Origin: Mayamaea pseudoterrestris
Lineage: Eukaryota
Assembly: GCA_027923505.1 (NCBI GenBank)
Contig: BROI01000006.1
Location: 682,001-746,000, forward strand
Direction of reading: 5' to 3'
DNA: 64,000 bases
Numbering within the stretch: the first letter of the stretch is position 1; each line of letters starts with the position of its first letter. This document shows, piece after piece, positions 1-11,683 of the stretch. The notes beneath the pieces are model-generated. The model was not told where the DNA came from, did not search any database, and was given only the letters and a program-made list of their open reading frames with translations. The position numbers and the translations under genes were made by a program.

Positions 1-818
1 GACTACTGGAGAGGAAGATGAGATGCTCAATCTTGCTCCAATGCTTGCGGCTATGACATAGCTGGACCACTGGAGGTGCAGAGAATTGCTCAAAATTGCT
101 CATATTGCTCAACCTCACTAGAAATTGCTCAAGTGTTCCTGGCACCAAAGCTGGACCACTGGTGGGGCAGATGAGATACTCAACCTCACTCAAATGCTTG
201 GGGCTATCACATAGCACAACAAATTGCTCAAAATTGCTTGTATAGCTCAACCCCACTTTAAATTGCTCAAATGCTCCTGGCACCATGGCTAGACTACTGG
301 TGGGGCAGATGACATGCTCAGTCTTGCTCAAATGCTTGTGGCTATGATATAGCTGGACCAATGGAGGTGCAAAGAATTGCTCAAATTGCTCATATTGGTC
401 AACCTCACTGAAGATTGCTGAAATGCTCCTGGCACCATGGCTGAACTACTGGTGGGGCAAATAAGATGCCAAGTCTGCTCAAATGCATGCACTTTGACAT
501 AGCTAGACCAAATGGATGTGCAAAGAATTGCTCAAAATTGCTCATATTGCTCAACCTCACTAGAAATTGCTCAAGTGTTCCTGGCACCATAGCTGGACCA
601 CTGGTGGGGCAGTTGAGATACTCAACCTTACTCAAATGCTTGGGGCTATGACATAGCTGGACCAGTGGAGGTGCAGAGAATTGCTCAAAATTGCTCATAT
701 TGGTCAACCTCACTAGAAATTGCTCAAAAGCTCCTGGCACCATAACTGGACCACTGGTGGGGCAGATGAGATGCTCAACATCACTCAAATGCTTGGGGCT
801 ATCACATAGCTGGACCAA
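1..818 (-). repeat. Degenerate ~153-bp tandem array derived from Pro/Ser/Thr-rich (mucin-stalk-like) coding sequence; truncated by the window edge
   Basis: CTGGCACC recurs at 139, 277, 429, 581 and 734 (spacing 138-153). The minus strand reads as IAPSI*..LSISSAPTSGP-type peptides broken by stops and frameshifts. CpG is almost absent and TpG/CpA is in excess. Confidence 0.8.
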
Positions 819-849
819 TGAGCAATCTTGAGCATTTTTGAGCAATTCC

Positions 850-3800
850 AATGTTGGGACCATTCTGGTGTAGTTTGGGTGTATACATGGCTTGCTGTAG
901 GGGCGTTTGAATGTCAAGGCATCTGCGGGCTGAGACTGGTGACAAGTTGTCACCAATCACATTGCCGTCCCCGGAGACACCAGCCAGGCATACCATCTTG
1001 TAGCGCAGCCCAAATAATGATGTTGGCACCATTCTGGTGTGATTTGGGTGTATACATGGCTTGCTATTGGGGGCGTTTGAATGTCAAGGCATCTGCGGCT
1101 GGAGACTGGTGACAAGTTGTCACCAATCACATTGCCGTCCCCGGAGACACCAGCCAGGCATACCATCTTGTAGCGCAGCCCAAATAATGATGTTGGCACC
1201 ATTCTGGTGTAATTTGGGTGTATACATGGCTTGCTGTAGGGGCGTTTGAATGTCAAGGCATCAGCTGGCTGAGATTGGTGACAAGTTGTCACCAATCACA
1301 TTGCCGTCCCCTGAGACACCAGCCAGGCTTGTAGCGCAGCCCCAATAATGATGTGGTCTCTGTGGTGTATACATGGCTTGCTGTAGGGGCGTTTGAATGT
1401 CAAGGCATCTACGGGCTGAGACTGGTGACAAGTTGCCACCAATCACATTGCCGACCCCTGAGACACCAGCCAGGCATACCATCTTGTAGCGCAGCCCCAA
1501 TAATGATGTTGGCACCTTTCTGGTGTGATTTGGGTGTAAACATGGCTTGCTGTAGGGGCATTTGAATGTCAAGGCATCTGTGGGCTGATATTGGTGACAA
1601 GTTGTCACCAATCACATTGCCATCGCCTGAGACACCAGCCATACCGTCTTGCCCCCATTTGGTGTTTTTATGGCTTGCGTAGGGCGAAAGGCACTGCGAG
1701 ATGTAAATTGCCCCGAGACACCAGCCAGGCATACCATCTTGTAGCGCAGCCCCAATAATGATGTTGGCACCATTCTGGTGTAATTTGAGTGTAAACATGG
1801 CTTGCTATAGGGGCGTTTGAATGCCAAGGCATCAGCTGGGTGAGACTGGTGACAAGTTGTCACCAATCACATTGCCGTCCCCTGAGACACCAGCCAGGCA
1901 TACCATCTTGTAGTTTGGTGTGATTTAGGTGTATACGTGGCTTGCTGTAGGGGCGTTTGAATGTCAAGGCATCAGCTGGCTGAGATTGGCGACAAGTTGT
2001 CACCAATCACATTGCCGTTCCTTGAGACACCAGCTAAGCATACCATCTTGTGCGGCCTATTTGGTGTGCAATTTGGGTGTATACGTGGCTTGCTGTAGGG
2101 GCTTTTGAATGTCAAGGCATCAGCTGGCTGAGATTGGTGACAAGTTGTCACCAATCACATTGCCGTCCCCTGAGACACCAGCTAGGCATACCATCTTGTA
2201 GCGCAGCCCCAATAATGATATTGGCACCATTCTGGTGTGATTTGGGTATATACGTGGCTTGCTGTAGGGGCGTTTGAATGTCAAGGCATCTGCGGGCTGA
2301 GATTGGTGACAAGTTGTCACCAATCACATTGCCGTCCCCTGAGACACCAGCCAGGCATACCATCTTGTAGCGCAGCCCCAATAATGATGTTGGCACCATT
2401 CTGGTGTGATTTGGGTGTATACATGGCTTGCTGTAGGGGCGTTTGAATGTCAAGGCATCTGCGGGCTGAGACTGGTGACAAGTTGTCATCAAATACATTG
2501 TCGTCCCCTGAGACACCAGCCAAGCTTACCATTTTGTAGCTCAGCCTCAAAAATGATGTTGGCACCATTCTGGTTTAATTTGGGTGTATACATGGCGTGC
2601 TGTAGAGGCGTTTGAATGCCAAGGCATCAGCTGGCTGAGACTGGTGACAAGTTGTCACCAATCACATTGCCGTCCCCTGAGACACCAGCCACACATACTA
2701 TCTTGTAGCGCAGCCCATATAATGATGTTGGCACCATTCTGGTGCAATTTGGGTGTATACGTGGCTTGCTGTAGGGGCGTTTGAATGTCAATGCATCAGC
2801 TAGCTGAGATTGGTGACAAGTTGTCACCAATCACATTGCCGTCCCCTGAGACCCCAGCCAGGCATACCATCTTGTAGCGCAGCCCCAATAATGATGTTGG
2901 CATCTCTCTGGTGTAATTTGAGTGTAAACATGGCTTGCTGTAGGTACGTTTGAATGTCAAGGCATCAGCTGGCTGAGACTGGTGACAAGTTGTCACCAAT
3001 CACATTGCAGCCCCCTAAGACACCAGCCAGGCTTGTAGCGCAGCCCCAATAATGATGTTGGCATCTCTCTGGTGTAATTTGAGTGTAAACATGGCTTGCT
3101 GTAGGTACGTTTGAATGTCAAGGCATCAGCTGGCTGAGATTGGTGACAAGTTGTCACCAATCACATTGCCGTCCCCTGAGACACCAGCCAGGCATACCAT
3201 CTTGTAGCGCAGCCTTGGCACCATTATGGTGTATTTTGGGTGTGTACATGGCTTGCTGTAGAGGTGCTTGAATGTCAAGGCATCTGCGGGCTGAGATTGG
3301 TGACAAGTTGTCACCAATCACATTGCCGTTCCTTGAGACACCAGCCAGGCATACCATCTTGTAGCGCAGCCCCAATAATGATGTTGGCACCATTCTGGTG
3401 TAATTTGAGTGTAAACATGGCTTGCTATAGGGGCGTTTGAATGCCAAGGCATCAGCTGGCTGAGACTGGTGACAAGTTGTCACCAATCACATTGCCGTCC
3501 CCTGAGACACCAGCCAGGCAAAACATCTTGTAGCGCAGCCCCAATAATAATGTTGGCACCATTCTGGTGTAATTTGGGTGTATACATAGCTATCTGTAGG
3601 GGCATTTAAATGTCAAGGCATCTTTGGGCTGAGATTGGTGACAAGTTGTCACCAATCACATTGCAGCCCCCTGAGACACCAGCCAGGCGTACCATCTTGT
3701 AGCGCAGCCCAAATAATGATGTTGGCACCATTCTGGTGCAATTTGGGTGTATACGTGGCTTGCTGTAGGGGCATTTGAATGTCAACGCATCAACTGGCTG

Positions 3801-6800
3801 AGACTGGTGACAAGTTGTCACCAATCACATTGCCGTCCCCTGAGACACCAGCCAGGCATACCATCTTGTAGCGCAGCCCAAATAATGATGTTGGCACCAT
3901 TCTGGTGCAATTTGGGTGTATACGTGGCTTGCTGTAGGGGCGTTTGAATGTCAAGGCATCAGCTGGCTGAGATTGGTGACAAGTTGTCACCAATCACATT
4001 GCCGTCCCCTGAGACACCAGCCAGGCATACCATCTTGTAGCGCAGCCCAAATAATAATGTTGGCATCATTCTGGTGTGATTTGGGTGTATACATAGCTAT
4101 CTGTAGGGGCGTTTAAATGTCAAGGCATCTTTGGGCTGAGATTGGTGACAAGTTGTCACCAATCACATTGCCGTCCCCTGAGACACCAGCCAGGCATACC
4201 ATCTTGTAGCGCAGCCCCAATAATGATGTTGGCACCATTCTGGTGCAATTTGGGTGTATACGTGGCTTGCTGTAGGGGCGTTTGAACGTCAACACATTAA
4301 CTGGCTGAGACTGGTGACAAGTTGTCACCAATCACATTGCCGTCCCCTGAGACACCAGCCAGGCATACCATCTTGTAGCGCAGCCCAAATAATGATGTTG
4401 GCACCATTCTGGTGCAATTTGGGTGTATACGTGGCTTGCTGTAGGGGCGTTTGAATGTCAAGGCATCAGCTGTCTGAGATTGGTGACAAGATGTCACCAA
4501 TCACATTGCTGTCCCCTGAGACACCAGCCACGCATACCACCTTGTAGCGCAGCCCAAATAATGATGTTGGCACTATTCTGGTGCAATTTGGGTGTATACG
4601 TGGCTTGCTGTAGGGGCGTTTGAATGTCAAGGCATCAGCTGGCTGAGACTGGTGACAAGTTGTCACCAATCACATTGCCGTCCCCTGAGACACCAGCCAG
4701 GCAAAACATCTTGTAGCGCAGCCCCAATAATGATGTTGGCACCTTTCTGGTGTAGTTTGGGTGTATACATGGCTTGCTGTAGGTACGTTTGAATGTCAAG
4801 GCATCAGCTGGATGAGACTGGTGACAAGTTGTCACCAATCACATTGCAGCCCCCTGAGACACCAGCCAGGCATACCATCTTGTAGCGCAGCCCAAATAAT
4901 GATGTTGGCACCATTCTGGTGCAATTTGGGTGTATACGTGGCTTGCTGTAGGGGCATTTGAATGTCAACGCATCACTGGCTGAGACTGGTGACAAGTTGT
5001 CACCAATCACATTGCCGTCCCCTGAGACACCAGCCAGGCATACCATCTAGTAGCGCAGCCGAAATAATGATGTTGGCACCATTCTGGTGCGATTTGGGTG
5101 TATACATGGCTTGCTGTAGGGGCGTTTGAATGTCAAGGCATCTGTGGGATGAGATTGGTGACAAGTTGTCACCAATCACATTGCCGTTCCTTGAGACACC
5201 AGCCAGGCATACCATCTTGTAGCGCAGCCCCAATAATGATGTTGGCACCATTCTGGTGTGATTTGGGTGTATACATGGCTTGCTGTAGGGGCGTTTGAAT
5301 GTCAAGGCATCAGCTGGCTGAGACTGGTGACAAGTTGTCACCAATCACATTGCCGTCCCCTGAGACACCAGCCAGGCATACCATCTTGTAGCGCAGCCCA
5401 AATAATGATGTTGGCACCATTCTGGTGCAATTTGGGTGTATACGTGGCTTGCTGTAGGGGCGTTTGAATGTCAAGGCATCTGTGGGCTGAGATTGGTGAC
5501 AAGTTGTCACCAATCACATTGCCGTCCCCTGAGACACCAGCCAGGCATACCATCTTGTAGCGCAGCCCAAATAATGATGTTGGCACCATTCTGGTGTGAT
5601 TTGGGTGTATACGTGGCTTGCTGTAGGGGCGTTTGAATGTCAAGGCATCTGCGGGCTGAGATTGGTGACAAGTTGTCACCAATCACATTGCCGTTCCTTG
5701 AGACACCAGCCAGGCATACCATCTTGTAGCGCAGCCCAAATAATGATGTTGGCACCATTCTGGTGCAATTTGGGTGTATACGTGGCTTGCTGTAGGGGCG
5801 TTTGAATGTCAACGCATCAACTGGCTGAGATTGGTGACAAGTTGTCACCAATCACATTGCCGTCCCCTGAGACACCAGCCAGGCATACCATCTTGTAGCG
5901 CAGCCCAAATAATGATGTTGGCACCATTCTGGTGCAATTTGGGTGTATACGTGGCTTGCTGTAGGGGCGTTTGAATGTCAAGGCATCAGCTGGCTGAGAT
6001 TGGTGACAAGTTGTCACCAATCACATTGCCGTCCCCTGAGACACCAGCCAGGCATACCATCTTGTAGCGCAGCCCAAATAATGATGTTGGCACCATTCTG
6101 GTGCAATTTGGGTGTATACGTGGCTTGCTGTAGGGGCGTTTGAATGTCAAGGCATCAGTTGGCTGAGATTGGTGACAAGTTGTCACCAATCACATTGCCG
6201 TCCCCTGAGACACCAACCAGGCAAAACATCTTGTAGCGCAGCTCCAATAATGATGTTGGCACCTTTCTGGTGTAGTTTTGGTGTATACATGGCTTGCTGT
6301 AGGTACGTTTGAATGTCAAGGCATCAGCTGGATGAGACTGGTGACAAGTTGTCACCAATCACATTGCAGCCCCCTGAGACACCAGCCAGGCATACCATCT
6401 TGTAGCGCAGGCGGAATAATGATGTTGGCACCATTCTGGTGCAATTTGGGTGTATACGTGACTTGCTGTAGGGGCGTTTGAATGTCAACGCATCACTGGC
6501 TGAGACTGGTGACAAGTTGTCACCAATCACATTGCCGTCCCCTGAGACACCAGCCAGGCATACCATCTTGTAGCGCAGCCCAAATAATGATGTTGGCACC
6601 ATTCTGGTGTGATTTGGGTGTATACATGGCTTGCTGTAGGGGCGTTTGAATGTCAAGGCATCTGTGGGATGAGATTGGTGACAAGTTGTCACCAATCACA
6701 TTGCCGTTCCTTGAGACACCAGCCAGGCATACCATCTTGTAGCGAGCCCCAATAATGATGTTGGCACCATTCTGGTGTGATTTGGGTGTATACATGGCTT

Positions 6801-9430
6801 GCTGTAGGGGCATTTGAATGTCAAGGCATCAGCTGGCTGAGACTGGTGACAAGTTGTCACCAATGACATTGCCATCCCCTGAGACACCAGCCACGCATAC
6901 CACCTTGTAGCGCAGCCCAAAAAAAGATGTTGGCACCATTCTGGTGCAATTTGGGTGTATACGTGGCTTGCTGTAGGGGCGTTTGAATGTCAAGGCATCA
7001 GCTGGCTGAGATTGGTGACAAGTTGTCACCAATCACATTGCCGTCCCCTGAGACACCAGCCAGGCATACCATCTTGTAGCGCAGCCCCAATAATGATGTT
7101 GGCACCATTCTGGTGTAATTTGAGTGTAAACATGGCTTGCTGTAGGGGCGTTTGAATGTCAAGGCATCAGCTGGCTGAGATTGGTGACAAGTTGTCACCA
7201 ATCACATTGCCGTCCCCTGAGACACCAGCCAGGCATACCATCTTGTAGCGCAGCCCAAATAATGATGTTGGCACCATTCTGGTGTGATTTGGGTATATAC
7301 GTGGCTTGCTGTAGGGGCGTTTGAATGTCAACGCATCAGCTGGCTGAGATTGGTGACAAGTTGTCACCAATCACATTGCCGTTCCCTGAGACACCAGCCA
7401 GGCATACCATCTTGCAGCGCAGCCCAAATAATGATGTTGGCACCATTCTGTTGTGATTTGGGTGTATACATTGCTTGCTGTAGGGGCGTTTGAATGTCAA
7501 GGCATCTGTGGGCTGAGATTGGTGACAAGTTGTCACCAATCACATTGCCGTCCCCTGAGACACCAGCCAGGCATACCATCTTGTAGCGCAGCCCCAATAA
7601 TGATGTTGGCACCATTCTGGTGCAATTTGGGTGTATACGTGGCTTGCTGTAGGGGCATTTGAATGTCAACGCATCAACTGGCTGAGACTGGTGACAAGTT
7701 GTCACCAATCACATTGCCGTCCCCTGAGACACCAGCCAGGCATACCATCTTGCAGCGCAGTCTCCATAATGATGTCGGCACCATTCTGGTGTGATTTGGG
7801 TGTATAAATGGCTTCCTGTAGGGCATTTGAAAATCACGGCCTCTGGGGGCTGAGACTGGTGACAAGTTGTCACCAATCACATTGCCGTCCCCTGAGACAC
7901 CAGCCAGGCATACCATCTTGTAGCGCAGCCCCAATAATGATGTTGGCACCATTCTGGTGTAATTTGAGTGTAAACATGGCTTGCTGTAGGGGCTTTTGAA
8001 TGTCAAGGCATCAGCTGGCTGAGATTGGTGACAAGTTGTCACCAATCACATTGCCGTCCCCTGAGACACCAGCTAGGCATACCATCTTGTAGCGCAGCCC
8101 CAATAATGATGTTGGCACCATTCTGGTGTAATTTGAGTGTAAACGTGGCTTGCTGTAGGGGCGTTTGAATGTCAAGGCATCTGCGGGCTGAGATTGGTGA
8201 CAAGTTGTCACTCAACACATTGCCGTCCCCTGAGACACCAGCCAGGCATACCATCTTGTAGCGCAGCCCAAATAATGATGTTGGCACCATTCTGGTGTGA
8301 TTTGGGTGTAAACATGGCTTGCTGTAGGGGCGTTTGAATGTCAAGGCATCTGCGGGCTGAGATTGGTGACAAGTTGTCACCAATCACATTGCCGTCCCCT
8401 GAGACACCAGCCAGGCATACCATCTTGTAGCGCAGCCCCAATAATGATGTTGGCACCTTTCTGGTGTAATTTGAGTGTAAACATGGCTTGCTGTAGGGGC
8501 ATTTGAATGTCAAGGCATCAGCTGGCTGAGACTGGTGACAAGTTGTCACCAATCACATTGCCGTCCCCTGAGACACCAGCCAGGCATACCATCTTGTAGC
8601 GCAGCCCCAATAATGATGTTGGCACCTTTCTGGTGTAATTTGAGTGTAAACATGGCTTGCTGTAGGGGCATTTGAATGTCAAGGCATCAGCTGGCTGAGA
8701 CTGGTGACAAGTTGTCACCAATCACATTGCCATCCCCTGAGACATCAGCCAGGCATACCATCTTGTAGCGCAGGCGACATAATGATGTTGGCACCATTCT
8801 GGTGTAATTTGGGTGTATACATGGCTTGCTGTAGGGGCATTTGAATGTCAAGGCATCAGCTGGCTGAGACTGGTGACAAGTTGTCACCAATCACATTGCC
8901 GTCCCCTGAGACACCAGCCAGGCATACCATCTTGTAGCGCAGCCCAAATAATGATGTTGGCACCATTCTGGTGTGATTTGGGTGTATACATGGCTTGCTG
9001 TAGGGGCGTTTGAATGTCAAGGCATCTGCGGGCTGAGATTGGTGACAAGTTGTCACCAATCACATTGCCGTCCCCTGAGACCCCAGCCAGGCATACCATC
9101 TTGTAGCGCAGCCCCAATTATGATGTTGGCACCTTTTTGGTGCAATTGAGTGTAAACATGGCTTGTTGTAGGGGCATTTGTATGTCAAGGCATCAGCTGG
9201 CTGAGACTGGTGACAAGTTGTCACCAATCACATTGCCGTCCCCTGAGACATCAGCCAGGCATACCATCTTGTTAGCGCAGCCCAAATAAGGATGTTGACA
9301 CCTGTCTCATGTAATCTGAGTGTAAACATGGCTTGCTGTAGAGGCGTTTGAATGACTTGGCATGTGGGGGCTGAGACTGGTCACCGGTCACATTGCAGTC
9401 TACTGAGACACCAGCCAGGCATACCATCCA
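850..9430. repeat. 169-bp satellite array, about 50 monomers
   Basis: A near-identical monomer (…GGTGACAAGTTGTCACCAATCACATTGCCGTCCCCTGAGACACCAGCCAGGCATACCATCTTGTAGCGCAGCCC…) recurs every 169 bp. Six-frame ORF starts repeat with the same period (e.g. 3824, 3993; 4331, 4500, 4669, 4838). The last copies near 9300-9430 are more diverged. Confidence 0.97.
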
Positions 9431-9540
9431 AGTCTGTTGTGCATGCTTAGTGTGTCCAATGGGATAGACACTAGATGCAGATGATCTGGAGCATGGTCAT
9501 GTACTACAATTGTATATATATCTAGCTATATACAAAAAAA

Positions 9541-11415
9541 TCATTGAGTTCTTCTTAATCGCGCCACAAAGAATCCATCGCTACAGCCTTCCAAGTCATT
9601 TCCCATTATCATTCCAGGCAACACTCGCACCCAACCCTGTTCTGTTATTGCTAGCTCAAAGCCTGGTACTTCATGGGGCTGAAGAGGTACCGTCTCCATT
9701 TGCGCTAGACCTTGGTCCAGTGGCCGCGAAAGGAGCCGCTCCATTTGACCCTCACCCTCGCGGTGCTGAAGGCTGCAAGTCGCATAGACTAGTAGACCAC
9801 CAACGGATAGAATGTTGTCCACAGCATTACATGTCATTTTAAACTGCGTCTCTAGCAGGTTGCCATAGAATGCTTCGTCATTCTTGTCGACATCCTTTTC
9901 ATACTCTTGTCCAGCGCGCAACACATCGGGGCGTTGACTTCCAGTGCCCGTTGCGGTACAAGGTGCATCCAACAATATGCCGTGGACAAGGTCGGTTTCT
10001 GCTACAACAGAATTGATATTGCCACTGTCATCCGCACATTCACGACGCTGCGTCGAGGGCGTCCAAGTTGTAGCATCAGCAACGACAACTTCATAGGATA
10101 TTTTTAATCGATCTTGATTCTCTTGCAGTCTTTGACACCTTGGACGCGAGACTTCCACTGCTGTCACTTGCAAGTGAATGTCATTACTGTCGTCCTCGTT
10201 GCTATTAAAGTTGACTAGCTGGGCAGTCTTGCCTCCCGGAGCTGCGCATAGATCAATGACGCGAAACTTCCTGTTCGACCCTTTGTTTGCAGCTTCAGAA
10301 AGACCACTATACAAAACTTTGGCAGGAAGCGTCGCGGAAGGGTTCTGGATCCACCAGGACCCTTCCGCGTAGCCCGGCCATGATGATATGGGTCCTCGAT
10401 ACGATGACGTGCTGGCGTCCTCGTCGGTAGCAGCACTGTTCGTCGAGTTACTGCCAGTCGAAGTCGTTGGAATCCGCAGCGACCCTTGCGGAAGAATTAT
10501 AGACCCGGGAAACTGCTTGGCCACATTTTCAATCGACTCCTCCTGCGTCAAACCGGGATGCCTTTTGATTGTCAAGCACTTGTTGGATTCTCGCATGGCC
10601 GCCTGAATAATTTTCATGGTCGCCTCTTCGCCCCAATGCGCCGTCCAATCTTTATATAGCCACGGAGCCACGTTCGCCGCCAAACAATCCTCCGCAACTT
10701 GTATCGTTTCGTTCAACTCGCGCGACACTTTTCGAAGGATTGCATTCACATACTTGGTGGCGTGCGCCGCCTTGCGCGAATGCTTGACGAGATCCACCGT
10801 TTCGGAAACGGCAGCGTGAGGCGGAACCTGCAACCACAGCAGCTGCACGAGGCCCAGCGATAGTGCGGCATGAATGTAGCGCTCCTTGTCGTTTAAGTTC
10901 TTGACGGCATGTTTGCCTCGTGGTCGTTGCATACTGTCGTCTGATGCATCGCCTGGTTTTGCAACTTCCTCCTGCTGTTTCTTGCTACTAAAGCGCTCGA
11001 TAAGTGCATTCACTTGTCCCTGCCGCCGCTCCACCGTGGTCACCAGCAGTCGGGCGAAGCCAGCGTCTCGCTGCGAAAGGCTTGGCCATTGCGGATGCGA
11101 TTCCAAGCGAACCGAGGCGGATCGCTTGCTTCGACGGTTTGTCGTCAAGGCATCCAATGCCAATGCTCGTGCCGATAGTTGCTGATTAAAAGGTGATGAT
11201 ACATCAGTCTTCTTGACTGTTTCTTTTGCTTGTTTAGGTAATTTAGGCGATTTCCTTCTTTTGGACACTGTAGGTGCATTGGTTTGCGACGGATCAGCAA
11301 AGATTGCTGTTCTTCTCGACGTCGTCGTTGGACTATGTCTTGTCGTCCAGCCTTTCACGATACTAACGCATGATACAGCGATTGCTAGGAGTACGCATGG
11401 AAGTATCTTTAACAT
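9541..11415 (-). CDS. rsmB: RsmB/Sun-type rRNA m5C methyltransferase (NusB + NOL1/NOP2 domains), probably plastid-targeted
   Basis: NusB-like VPPHAAVSETVDL..YVNAILRK, SAM motif DLCAAPGGKT, LLDAPCTATG, YATCSL and C-terminal DGFFVARL. The N-terminal signal peptide ends at VKG-W and is followed by an S/T/R-rich transit-like stretch. Confidence 0.9.
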   Translation of the reverse strand: MLKILPCVLLAIAVSCVSIVKGWTTRHSPTTTSRRTAIFADPSQTNAPTVSKRRKSPKLPKQAKETVKKTDVSSPFNQQLSARALALDALTTNRRSKRSASVRLESHPQWPSLSQRDAGFARLLVTTVERRQGQVNALIERFSSKKQQEEVAKPGDASDDSMQRPRGKHAVKNLNDKERYIHAALSLGLVQLLWLQVPPHAAVSETVDLVKHSRKAAHATKYVNAILRKVSRELNETIQVAEDCLAANVAPWLYKDWTAHWGEEATMKIIQAAMRESNKCLTIKRHPGLTQEESIENVAKQFPGSIILPQGSLRIPTTSTGSNSTNSAATDEDASTSSYRGPISSWPGYAEGSWWIQNPSATLPAKVLYSGLSEAANKGSNRKFRVIDLCAAPGGKTAQLVNFNSNEDDSNDIHLQVTAVEVSRPRCQRLQENQDRLKISYEVVVADATTWTPSTQRRECADDSGNINSVVAETDLVHGILLDAPCTATGTGSQRPDVLRAGQEYEKDVDKNDEAFYGNLLETQFKMTCNAVDNILSVGGLLVYATCSLQHREGEGQMERLLSRPLDQGLAQMETVPLQPHEVPGFELAITEQGWVRVLPGMIMGNDLEGCSDGFFVARLRRTQ

Positions 11416-11683
11416 AGTCTTTGTCTCTATCTTTACAAAAGAATAGACGCGCTGTTGTTGTTTTTGGATGCAATGATGGTTTGCTTCGCGCAGGTTGGAT
11501 GGCGGCGGCGATGGGATCTCGTCACGCTTGGACGCACCGGTACTCGCTAAAAACCGTTACGACACCATCGTGACGACCATCGATTTTTCGTTTTGTCAAG
11601 CGATGCAATTGTTCCTCAGTACACTCTTGCTGCTGCCCTTGGAAAGATTTATAGCTGTAAACAAACAGCAGCAGTCATTCACG

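Noticed and set aside
1615..1725. Apparently unique insert or in-frame ancestral monomer within the satellite
   Set aside because: It aligns to the monomer with many small deletions, a pattern typical of poor long-read consensus; similar patches occur near 7800-7850 and 30080-30240.
405..9117. Dozens of 60-130-aa ORFs in the arrays
   Set aside because: They are products of the repeat periodicity; the unit length is not a multiple of 3 and most starts are non-ATG.
850..9430. CRISPR-like array (regularly spaced palindromes)
   Set aside because: The sequence between palindromes is itself near-identical rather than unique spacers, there are no cas genes, and the context is eukaryotic.
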